A stretch of DNA of 64,000 bases from Klebsormidium nitens (lineage: Eukaryota; Plantae; Klebsormidiophyceae), in NCBI GenBank assembly GCA_000708835.1, contig DF237340.1:1-64000 (forward strand). Direction: 5' to 3'. How positions within the stretch are numbered: position 1 is the stretch's first letter; each line of letters opens with the position of its first letter. The translations under genes were made by a program, and so were the position numbers. Shown piece by piece: positions 1 through 9,069 of the stretch. The notes beneath the pieces were generated by a model. It worked only from the letters and a program-made list of their open reading frames with translations. It was not told where the DNA came from and did no database searches.

Positions 1-745
1 CCATCCGGGATATTACGCCGTCTTGCAGACAGCTGCGCAGTGCGTCGTTAAGACGTAACCACCGCCGTTTCGCTAACTCGCGGTCAACGAAATCCTGTCG
101 AGAACGAGGTTAGGCTTAACCAGTCGTAATCGTTACATCGTTGGTACTCGCACAAAGTTCCACAGGGTCCTGACAGCCACTGCATTGGGAGCAGTGAGGA
201 GCATCATCAAGCAAGTACGCTCGCCTCCTTCGGGGGAGCCATCGACGCTGCAGCCACCACGGGCTGCATACTGAGTTGCTGCGGGTTCAGTGACGGACCG
301 CTGCTACGGAAAGCAAACACGCAAGCACCACAAGCATCCAACAAGGTCGAGTATCTTGTAGTTTGGCTTCGTTTGCGTATGTTTTTGCATTTCCACGACG
401 GGCTTATCTTTCTTGTGATTGGAAGGTAAGGCTCATTTTTGCACTTTGGGCGTGTCATTCATGTGTATGCCATATCCCGGTGCGTAGTAGGCGTTGGCGC
501 TGCGGCGTCTGCAAGTGTACGCTAGGGCGCCGAGGCGCATTGCATTGTTCACCTAAACGTTCCTACAAAACTTGAAAATTAAAAATATCGCTTGAATGCT
601 GTTTTGATTGGTACGTCAGCAGCCAGCCCTGCGGGGTATTTTGATTGTGTACGCGCTAGGATACGTTACATTCTGCGCAGCGTCTTTTAGGCAATCCTGC
701 TTTTGATCGCTCGGTCCAGAGGAACTTTGCCAATAGACACATTAG

Positions 746-749
746 GGTC
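746..749. other. Left target-site duplication GGTC of element 1
   Basis: attagGGTC|TGCCGTG; identical 4-mer at 16746-16749. Confidence 0.85.
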
Positions 750-877
750 TGCCGTGCGCTACTCGGCTACTGCCGGTCCTCATGGGGTCCGGCGTTACGC
801 ACCGTAGATTGGCTCAGACCCAAAGCTAGGACAAATTAAAAGTCCCCCTTCAGCTATTCCATACAAGCCGTTCCACT
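750..877 (-). repeat. Element 1 repeat B2 (128 bp, 3'-terminal)
   Basis: Direct repeat of 1453-1580 with 1 mismatch (acaAatt/acaGatt). Confidence 0.97.
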
Positions 878-1450
878 AGCAACCATGCACAGGTTCTACA
901 GGACATGATGGGCAAAGGGATAGCTGGTTTGGTACTCGCTTATAACCTCTCAAGCATTACACATGCCCGGTGATTCCTCATGCTCATGTTGCTTCGGCTC
1001 CAACAAAGCCACATGCTCCGGCTCGCTCATGCTATCCTCACCATGCAATTGGCCGACAGGATCGCCACGCTCGCACGCAATGCTGTTGAATCAGGCTCAG
1101 AGAAGAGGAAGCTCGGGCGCCATTTGCTTGAATCAAGAGAGAGACTTGCAACTTTAGGAATGACACATCCGGTCGCAAAGTTCGCACCTAGTGTCACTCT
1201 AACCGTGCTGCACTAGCCTAGTCTCAGACTACTGTACAGCCTAAGCCCTAGCTCCGGCTAGTCTCGTTATGGTTTGAACTCGGCCGATGGTGACATTTGG
1301 CGCGGTTCCTCCGGCAAGCCTAGCCTAGTGTACATCAAATATAGGATATACTCTAGGCTATAGCCTATGTCTGCCGGGCCTTCCTACGCTGCTCCGGCCG
1401 CGGGTGCGCGCGCGCCGCGTCCTCCGGCACGCCGCTGGTCCGGCATGGCA
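878..1450 (-). repeat. Element 1 repeat A2 (573 bp)
   Basis: Direct repeat of 16173-16745 (offset 15295), about 10 mismatches counted by eye. Confidence 0.97.
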
Positions 1451-1452
1451 GC

Positions 1453-1580
1453 TGCCGTGCGCTACTCGGCTACTGCCGGTCCTCATGGGGTCCGGCGTTA
1501 CGCACCGTAGATTGGCTCAGACCCAAAGCTAGGACAGATTAAAAGTCCCCCTTCAGCTATTCCATACAAGCCGTTCCACT
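1453..1580 (-). repeat. Element 1 repeat B1 (128 bp), abutting the PPT
   Basis: Copy of 750-877, separated from A2 by a GC dinucleotide (1451-1452). Confidence 0.97.
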
Positions 1581-1592
1581 TCCCCCCCACTC
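1581..1592 (-). promoter_or_regulatory. Polypurine tract (plus-strand primer site) of element 1
   Basis: Sense GAGTGGGGGGGA, just after the INT-PHD stop and directly abutting B1. Confidence 0.8.
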
Positions 1593-1623
1593 GCTGGCCA
1601 CGGCCTCCGTGGCTTCCGGCGAG

Positions 1624-2148
1624 TTATCCTTGCTGCGCGCCTTCCGCGCAGCTGGGGCACAACCATACTCCGGCCGGTACTTCCTTGACCGCCAGCTCCA
1701 AACACCCCATGTGGTACCCGTCCATACAGTAGTCACACAACAGCATGGCTCCCTGTCGGTTTGGGCTCTTGCACACTTGACAGACATGGCCCGCCGTCAC
1801 CGTGGTTAGGGTGGGATCGACCGCGGTGTCGATGTTGGGGTTATGGCACGGCGCGCAGTTCTCCAGGTGCTCTTTGAACAGGGTTCCGTCTGCCCCCTGC
1901 AACACCAACCGCCCGTTGGCCCCCACTTGGTAGACTTTGTAAGCCCCCCGCGTCACCGCGACGTCCGTCTTGTCCAGAGGAGCTCGCCGGAGGTAGACCA
2001 AGTCCCCGACTTCAAACTTCGGCTGGAACCTCGTCTTCCGGACGTGTTCGTACCGTCGTTGGTCTCGTTTCTGCGCCGCCAACAGGTTCCCCAGGGCTAA
2101 GGGGATCTCCCGCCGGAGGACTTCCGCCCGCTGCTCGCACGCCGTCGC
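1624..2148 (-). pseudogene. pol: Integrase C-terminus (SH3-like region) plus PHD finger, element 1
   Basis: FQPKFEVGDLVYLRR...; PHD CQVC...LLCDYC..GYHMGCL....VPAGVWLCPSC. In frame with 2149..4230 but separated by a TAG at 2149-2151. Confidence 0.9.
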
Positions 2149-4230
2149 CTACGTCTCTGGATCGTCGAAGTCCATCGGCTCTCCCACCAGTTGTTTAACC
2201 GCCTCGCCGGTGAGCATGGGATGCCGGCCGTAGAGGAGGTAGTAAGGGGAGTAGCCGTTGAGGGCGGTTTGGGGACTCATCCGGTACCCCATGGCGAGGT
2301 AGGGCAGCCACTCATCCCAGTTGCGCCGGTCGGCGTCGGTGCCGATTTTGGTTACCCCTTGGATGATGGAGTAGACCAACCGCTCCGTCAGCCCGTTGGC
2401 CTGGGGGTGGTAGCGCGATGTAGTCCGGTGGTCGAGGTAGAGCTTCTGGCAGAGGGTGTCGAACTCCCCCTCGAACTCCTTCCCGTTGTCCGTGAGGACT
2501 TCTGCGCATGCCCCAAATCGTGTTAGTATGCCAAGGAAAACCTCTGCCACCTTTGCTGAGTGTTTGCTCGGCAGGGCCACCAGCTCGCACCATTTGGAGA
2601 AGTGCTCGACGATGACCAAGACGAACCGCTTCTTTGTCCGCGTCATCAGCAGCGGGCCCGCGAAGTCGAGACTCCACCGGTAGCCTTGCCCCATGATTGG
2701 TAGACTCTGCATCCCCGACATCTTGACGTTGAGGCTCGCTTTGGTGCGTTCGCACTGTGGGCAGCTGGAGACGCCGTGGCTCACCGTGTCGTACATCCCC
2801 GGCCACCAGTATGCTCGCCGGAGGAGCTGCGCCGTGCGCTTCTCCCCCCAGTGGCCCGTGTAGTCGTGGATTTTCCGAACCACATTCAACCGCTCCGACG
2901 GTTCTGGCACAACGCGCTCTTCCCCCCCTGCCAGACGGCGGAGGAGGACGTCCTTGGATGCGGTTTCTGTTTCAACCCCCTCCTGGAGTCTGTGGAACGT
3001 TACCCCGCTGGCGAACCGGTAGGACGCTGCCCGGGCGCGAACCCGTCGTTCCTCCGGCTTACCCCAGGTTTCGCGGAGCCGGCCGGTGTTAAGGAACTCG
3101 AGGGTGTGCGCGTCTTCCCAGATGTCTGTGCGCGCGCGCGCCTGGTTCCCCCCCAGATCGCCGTCCGCCGGAACAGGGAGGTTTGTGTCCACCGCTCCGT
3201 AGTCGCTGGGGCCCGGGATGGGGAGTTCCGACGGCAGGTTCTCGTAGTCGTGGGTTCCCGGCTCGTAGACCTCCCCCCCGGCTTCTTCCATACTCAGGGG
3301 CTCGGCCCCCTCTCGAGGTTCTGTGGCCTCGCTGGCCTGCCAGGCTAGCAAGGCCGATGGTCTTGTCCCCCCCCCAGCCGCTTCCTCCCCGGCCGCCGGA
3401 GGATCCTCGTGGACTCGGGCGCCGGTTAAGTCGTCGGTCTCGGGCAGAGGGCTCCGGCTCAGGCCATCGGCGTTCATGTTGATGAGGCCCTTGCGGTACT
3501 TGACCTCGAACTCGAATTCCTGCAGCATCAACGCCCATCTTGCGTGCATGCCGGTTAAGTTTGGGCTTGTCATGAGCCACTCAAGTGGCCGATGATCAGT
3601 GTAGAGGATGAACTTCCGTCCATACAAGTACACTCGGAAGTACCTCACACCCCAGACTGCCGCCAAGCATTCTCCGGCGTAACTGCTATAGTTACTTTCT
3701 GCCCGGTTGTTGCTCCGGCTGGCATAAGCAACCACTCTCTCCTCCCCAGCATCATCTCGCTGTTGCAGAATGGCACCGCACCCAGCGGCACTCCAGTCTG
3801 TGTGCAACTCGTAGTCACGGGAGGGGTCGGGTCTCACCAGAAGTGGCGCGCTTGTCAGCATCGTCTTCGGGGAATCCACCGCCGTCTTGCACTCCTCCAG
3901 CAGGTCTCCTAGGAAATCCACATCCTTTTTTAGCAAGTCGTTTAGCGGCCGTGCCACTGCGCTACACCCCTTTAGGAACTTCCGGTAGTAGTTCACTATG
4001 CCCAGGAACTGCTTAACCGCCGTCACACTGGTGGGGTAGGGGATGCGCTGAATGGCCTCCACTTTGACCGCTCCGGGGTTTGAGACCGACTGGGTTGACC
4101 AAGTGCCCAAGAAAGGGAATCTCGGGGAAGAGAATGCGGATTTTCCGCGGGTGTACCTTGATGTTGTGCCGCCGTAGCTCCTGGAACACGGCCCGCAGCG
4201 CCGCCAGGTGGTCGGTGAAGCCACGCGCAT
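2149..4230 (-). pseudogene. pol: RT connection, RNase H and integrase core, element 1
   Basis: RH: ELHTDWS..., GECLAAVW, LYTDHRPL. INT: HDYTGHWG..CPQC, then WSLDFAGP / LTDNGKEF / NGLTER (D,D,E). Frameshifted relative to RT near 4070. Confidence 0.93.
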
Positions 4231-5398
4231 GGACGCTGATGTCGTCGATGAAAGCGCGCGCCACCTTCCGCAGCTGCCGCAGGACCCGGTCCATCAGCCG
4301 CTGGAACAGCGCCGGCGCGTTCTTGGGCCCGAAGGGGGTCCGCAGGGGCATGTAGATGTCGTCGTGCCCCCAGAACGCCAGCTTCCACTCGTCCCCCTCC
4401 CTGATGCGGATTTGATGGTAGCCCATCCGCAGGTCCAGGGTGGAAAAGCAGTCGCTCCCCCCCAGGTCGTCAAACAGCTCGTCGGCCACCGGCATGGGGT
4501 ATTTGTCGGGGACGGTTTTGTCGTTGTGGGGCCGGTAGTCCCCGCACATGCGCCGCTCGGTCCAGTTTCCTTCGGCGTCCTTCTTGCGGGGCATGACCGT
4601 CGCTGCCACGAAGGGCTCTTTGACCCCCGGCGGCAGCTTCAACGGCGCGATCAGCTTGGCAGCCAGCCGCTCCTCAACGTAGGCCTTTAACAGCTCCGTC
4701 TCGTAGGGGGAGTACCGTCGGCGGGGGCTCCAGATGGGTTTGTCGTCCGTAAACTCCACCTCGAATTCCACCCCGTCGATCGCTGTGTCGCTGAGGTCGT
4801 AGATGGACCAGGCGAACACATCCGACATCTCCTCCAAGAGTTCCTTGACTGCCTCCCGTTGCTCCGGCTGTAGCCCCGGCCAAATCTGCTCGTCACCCCA
4901 CTCAAACGGTTTCTCCGACCCCTTTGCTCCGAATTGGCTCGCCCCTTTCTCTGCCGGTGCCTTCCCTGCCGCTTGCGCCTGCAGCTTTGGCACTATCTCT
5001 CTTCCTCCTTCGGCAAGTGACCGCAGCCCCTCTAGGCCACTCCCCTTACCGTCCTTTCCTTCAGCCTTGTTGTTGACCGGGTCAGGCTCCCGGCGTTGCT
5101 CTTGCGAGCCCTTGGTGGGCTCTCCTCCTGCGCCTTCCTCCGGCGCCGCCCGTCTTCCAGAGACTGCAACTCGCCCTAGGGACCCCCGGCCCCTCTCTCC
5201 TTCTCCTTCCGCAGCCGATGTGGCCTCTCCCCGCACTGATCCGTTCTCTGAAATTTCCGGGCTCCTACCGTTTTTACCGTTTTTCCCCTTCTGCCCCCCC
5301 CCCCAGCTGCGTGTAGACGCTCCGGCGGCGCGCCAGCTGAGTTGGCCTGTGGCGGTTTTGTTGAGGATGACCCGCCTGAACACCCTTAGTGCGGGGGC
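4013..5398 (-). pseudogene. pol: Reverse transcriptase, element 1
   Basis: RRMCGDYRPHN, PDKYPMP, FSTLDLRMGYHQI, PFGPKNAPALFQRLM, AFIDDI. Confidence 0.93.
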
Positions 5399-5418
5399 TT
5401 AGGGGCCCCCGCGTCCCT

Positions 5419-8400
5419 TCAATCTTCATCGTAGTTGAGGACCCGCCAGCGGCGGATCTCCTTGCACAACCAATAGAAAGCGCGAACGTCAATCGCTGCT
5501 CCCACCAACCTCCGGCGGTTGGCTTCGGTCAACCCTGGTGCCGCGGTTGACCCTGGAATGAGGCCCATTATCCGCTCTCGTTCGTTGGCGTTGGGCTCAT
5601 CCCACTCCCGCTTGTTGCGGTCGTATCTCATGCCAGGCCCGGGGCGATCAGGCCCCTGGAAACGGAAGGCGTATGAACCAGGCGTTGCGACGAGGGTGGG
5701 GAAGACGCGGATTGGCTCACCGGCGACGTTCATCGGAAAGTAACCCCGAACCCTTGGGTCGTCCTCCAGGGCACTCTGCACCGTGAGGAAGGGCTCCAGC
5801 ACGTCCCTGGCTTCAACCTTGTTCATCGCTTGACCGCAATCGTACTCGTCGTAGCGAGCCTGAATCAGGGGTCCCGGCGCTAAGTTAGTCCAGAAGGTGC
5901 GCACCCTGTGAGCCGCAGAACCCAACTTAGCCGCGTCAATCAGAATTCCCTGCCCTGGTTGTCCCCCGCAGATGGCGTCCAGCTGCTCAAACCCCCACCG
6001 CGCGGGTGGAGAGGGGTGGTCACTTGCGTCGACCATCTCGAAGATGAAGCCCACGTCAAACCCCCATGGACGTTGGATTTGCTGAAGCGTGTCCAAGATG
6101 CGCCAAGCCTCAACGATCAGGCCTGACCGATCATCTTCCAACCCCAAAGCTTGGCGGTTGGCGCGGGAGAAGCCTTGGCAGGGGGAGGAGATAGTTACCA
6201 GATTGATGGGGTCTTGGCACTCGGAGCCGACGGCCCGCCGAAGCTCCCGCTCGCCCACCTCCCGGATGTCCCACGGCATGGAAGACTGCGTGGTGTGGAA
6301 CGCCTGGGGGCCCAGCTGCTCCGGGTATCGGTGGTGCAGATCCCGCAGCCTGGTGCCGAAGGCGATGCGCGCCCCCGGGTCGTTCTCCACGTAGAACAGC
6401 CGCTTGATGTAGAGGCCCGCCCGCAGGAGGCCCTTCAACTCCGCGCCAATGCCGCCGAAGAGCAGCATGACGGTGATGTACAGGCCCTCCGCAAAGATGG
6501 GGCTGAACGTGGGGACGCTGTTGAGCCCCACCGTCTCCCGGTAGTAGGCGGTGCGGCTGCCGATAACGCTCAGCTCCTGGCCCACCGGCGGTTGCGTAAG
6601 CAGGCCCTGGGGAAGGCCGTCCCAGGGTGCGTCGGCGGCCGGAGGGACCCCGTCCTCCAGGGCGTCGGGATCCGCCTCGGCCACCGGAGCTATCTCGTCC
6701 TCCCCGACCTCCACCACTGGGGGCTCCCTCCGGCGCTGATTCTGCATTAGAAGGAGATCGTCCATCTGGGGGAAATCCCTGTTTCGGAAGTTCCCGATCC
6801 GTTCCCAGTTGCGCTCCATCCAGAACTGCTCCTCCAGGGAGCGAGGATGGACAGCCAGGAACTCGTACAGCTCGCGGTAGTAGATGTGGCTGGTCTGCAG
6901 TCGGTAGTCCCAGCCCGGGGGTGGCTCCGGCCGCCCCCACTCATCCTGCCGACGCATGTAGTTGAGCGCCGGAGGAGGGTAGCCCTCTAGGCTACCCCAC
7001 AGGGGTGACACCCCATGCACCAACTCTCTGTGTGCCACCTCCTGGGGGTCAACTGGTCCCGCCGGATCAGGGATGCCCGCAAGTAGCTTAGAGAGGTGGG
7101 TGTGGCAACTGACCAGGGTCCGCTTGAACGCCGGCTGGAAGCCCCGTCGTTCTTCCCTGCTGACCACCAGGCCAGGGCGCGCCAGCAGGTACCGCGGAGT
7201 GTCCACCGAGTGCTGCATGTCGTTGCGGGTCTGGCGCCGGAGGCACGTCACGATGTTCCGCACGTGCACCGAGTTGTGGCGCTGCGCAGCGCCGTTCGCC
7301 ATAACCTGCTCCAAACGTCGTGCGGTGGAGTCAGCTTCTCCACCACTGAGGCCCAAGCGCGCCGCCCTAGGGCAGACCTGCACCATGTCCTCTAGCCTTA
7401 AGGCCCTCCTTTCCCGTACACTCCAGTCTAACGCCTGGTGTAGCTGGGCCTCCCAACTGCGCACTGACTCCATCACCGCGAACTCCTCGTTGTGAAAGTC
7501 CAGCCACGCCAAGTACACCAGGATGAGGGTGTAGATTTGGGCCAGCTCCCGACGGCGCTGAACCATCTCGGGATGCCACTCCGGCAACTTCCACTGCCCA
7601 AACAGAGAGTCCTCCAAGTCCGTTGCAAGCCGGTGAAGTCGCGCCCTCTCCTCGTCCCAGTTAGAGCGGCTCACCGCGGAGCGCCCAACTTGGCCCGTCG
7701 CGATGTACTCCAACCACCAGATCCACCGCTCGTCCATTGGGTATGGGGCCACGAAGCGGAAGTCGGGGTCGTCCCTGTAGTAAACCCCATGCCACCCTTC
7801 ATGCTCCACCGCCACTACCGGCGCTGGGTCCCCCAGCCGCTCCAGCTCCATCTGCCCGACGGGTTCTAAGTCGGGCAGGCTGTCGGGCGTGCTGCTCCGG
7901 CTACTGTCAGGGCTGGCCATCTCGAGGAAGTCTGGCAGCTCGTTCAGGTCTGGGATGCTCCCCGCCGAAGAAACTACCCCGCTCTCATCCTCCGAAACTA
8001 AATCCGGCAGGCTTTCCAGTGGGGTGGGGGCCCGCTGCGGCCCGTACACTCTCCATCTGTCTACCCCCCCCTGGCGGAGGAGCATGGAGTTGTAGAATAC
8101 TTGGGGCATGTGCCGTGCCCCGGTTTCTCGCTCATACCGGATGGGTATGAAGCCTTCGGTATTTCCGGCGCCCTGTGGCCCTTCCCGCCAATGGAGCCGG
8201 TACCGGAACTGCTCTCGCCAGGCATCGACAATGCCGCCCAAAGTCCAGAGGACGACATTGCCCACCAGAAAGTCGTACGGTGCGGCCGTGATGACCGCGC
8301 GTACCTTCAGGACGGTGTCGGTTTTTGTCCCGGGGTTGAACCGGAACACCAGGGGCTCGCGTGTGACGCCGAACATCGCCGACACTTTGTCGTCAGCCAA

Positions 8401-9069
8401 GCCCAGGCGCACGGCGTCCTTGATGACGTCATCGTCTGTGAGGCCGAGCTGGGCTACCCCGGGTTTGCCGACGAGGAGGGGCATGGCGCCGGTGTCGAGG
8501 ATGGCGACCCCACGCAGGGGCTTGCCGTTGATCAACACCTCGCTCCTCGTGTTGTGGAAGATGGGGGCGCGCACGCGCTCGCGCGCCCGGTTCCCGCGGT
8601 ACGCTGGTAGGTTGCGTACCTTCTCCACCAGTGTTGCCCGTGCCGCCGGCTCCAACAGCTCCAGGATGGGGTCGAGGTTGCAGGGGCACATGGCTGAGTA
8701 GGCTTCCACCGGCATGGCGATGCTTGCGCCGGTGCTGTGGACGGGCGCCGTGGGCTGAGGGGTGCCGGCGCTGCCATGTTGGGAGGCTGGGGCGTTCTGT
8801 GCAGGGGCTGCCCGGCCCGCCGGAGGAAGTTCCACACTTGGCCCGGACCCCCCTGAAGGGTGACCGGGCCCAGACCCCGGGTCGTCATCCTTGGGGTCCC
8901 GCTGGGGCTGAACTCCCGGGTGCTCGTCCGGCGGGGGAATCCCGTACTGCCTCTTCCTCAGTTCTTCCTCACCGGGTTCCGGGGAGGAGGGCGGGGTTTG
9001 GGCGCCAGGTGTGCGACGGATAGTCGCCTCCTGCAAGACGTCCTGGAATTTCTTGAGGTGTTCTGGCCC
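5419..9069 (-). CDS. Aspartic protease, unknown ~550-aa region and C5 cytosine DNA methyltransferase, element 1
   Basis: PR: AILDTGAMPLLVG (~8470-8520). DNMT ~5419-6490: I LLFGGIG, II YVEND, IV SSPCQGFS, VI FEMV, VIII HRVRTFW, IX ERERIMG, X RRLVGAAID. In frame with 9070..10932 across a TGA. Confidence 0.88.
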   Translation of the reverse strand, partial: GPEHLKKFQDVLQEATIRRTPGAQTPPSSPEPGEEELRKRQYGIPPPDEHPGVQPQRDPKDDDPGSGPGHPSGGSGPSVELPPAGRAAPAQNAPASQHGSAGTPQPTAPVHSTGASIAMPVEAYSAMCPCNLDPILELLEPAARATLVEKVRNLPAYRGNRARERVRAPIFHNTRSEVLINGKPLRGVAILDTGAMPLLVGKPGVAQLGLTDDDVIKDAVRLGLADDKVSAMFGVTREPLVFRFNPGTKTDTVLKVRAVITAAPYDFLVGNVVLWTLGGIVDAWREQFRYRLHWREGPQGAGNTEGFIPIRYERETGARHMPQVFYNSMLLRQGGVDRWRVYGPQRAPTPLESLPDLVSEDESGVVSSAGSIPDLNELPDFLEMASPDSSRSSTPDSLPDLEPVGQMELERLGDPAPVVAVEHEGWHGVYYRDDPDFRFVAPYPMDERWIWWLEYIATGQVGRSAVSRSNWDEERARLHRLATDLEDSLFGQWKLPEWHPEMVQRRRELAQIYTLILVYLAWLDFHNEEFAVMESVRSWEAQLHQALDWSVRERRALRLEDMVQVCPRAARLGLSGGEADSTARRLEQVMANGAAQRHNSVHVRNIVTCLRRQTRNDMQHSVDTPRYLLARPGLVVSREERRGFQPAFKRTLVSCHTHLSKLLAGIPDPAGPVDPQEVAHRELVHGVSPLWGSLEGYPPPALNYMRRQDEWGRPEPPPGWDYRLQTSHIYYRELYEFLAVHPRSLEEQFWMERNWERIGNFRNRDFPQMDDLLLMQNQRRREPPVVEVGEDEIAPVAEADPDALEDGVPPAADAPWDGLPQGLLTQPPVGQELSVIGSRTAYYRETVGLNSVPTFSPIFAEGLYITVMLLFGGIGAELKGLLRAGLYIKRLFYVENDPGARIAFGTRLRDLHHRYPEQLGPQAFHTTQSSMPWDIREVGERELRRAVGSECQDPINLVTISSPCQGFSRANRQALGLEDDRSGLIVEAWRILDTLQQIQRPWGFDVGFIFEMVDASDHPSPPARWGFEQLDAICGGQPGQGILIDAAKLGSAAHRVRTFWTNLAPGPLIQARYDEYDCGQAMNKVEARDVLEPFLTVQSALEDDPRVRGYFPMNVAGEPIRVFPTLVATPGSYAFRFQGPDRPGPGMRYDRNKREWDEPNANERERIMGLIPGSTAAPGLTEANRRRLVGAAIDVRAFYWLCKEIRRWRVLNYDED

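Noticed and set aside
26-37. Another CAGCTG near the window start
   Set aside because: The flanks are not palindromic and do not resemble the conserved 18-bp junction; the hexamer is common.
963-1216. Short plus-strand ORFs (64 and 78 aa), duplicated at 16258-16511
   Set aside because: They lie antisense inside repeat A and are duplicated only because A is. No motif.
750-1450. Reading A2+B2 as an ordinary 701-bp TG...CA 3' LTR
   Set aside because: The PPT abuts B1 rather than the TG of A2, the PBS abuts A rather than B, and the 5' copy has no B. A canonical LTR model does not fit.
1164-1450. About 8 of ~10 A1/A2 mismatches fall in the half upstream of the putative TSS
   Set aside because: Numbers are too small and partly clustered; chance or gene conversion is sufficient.
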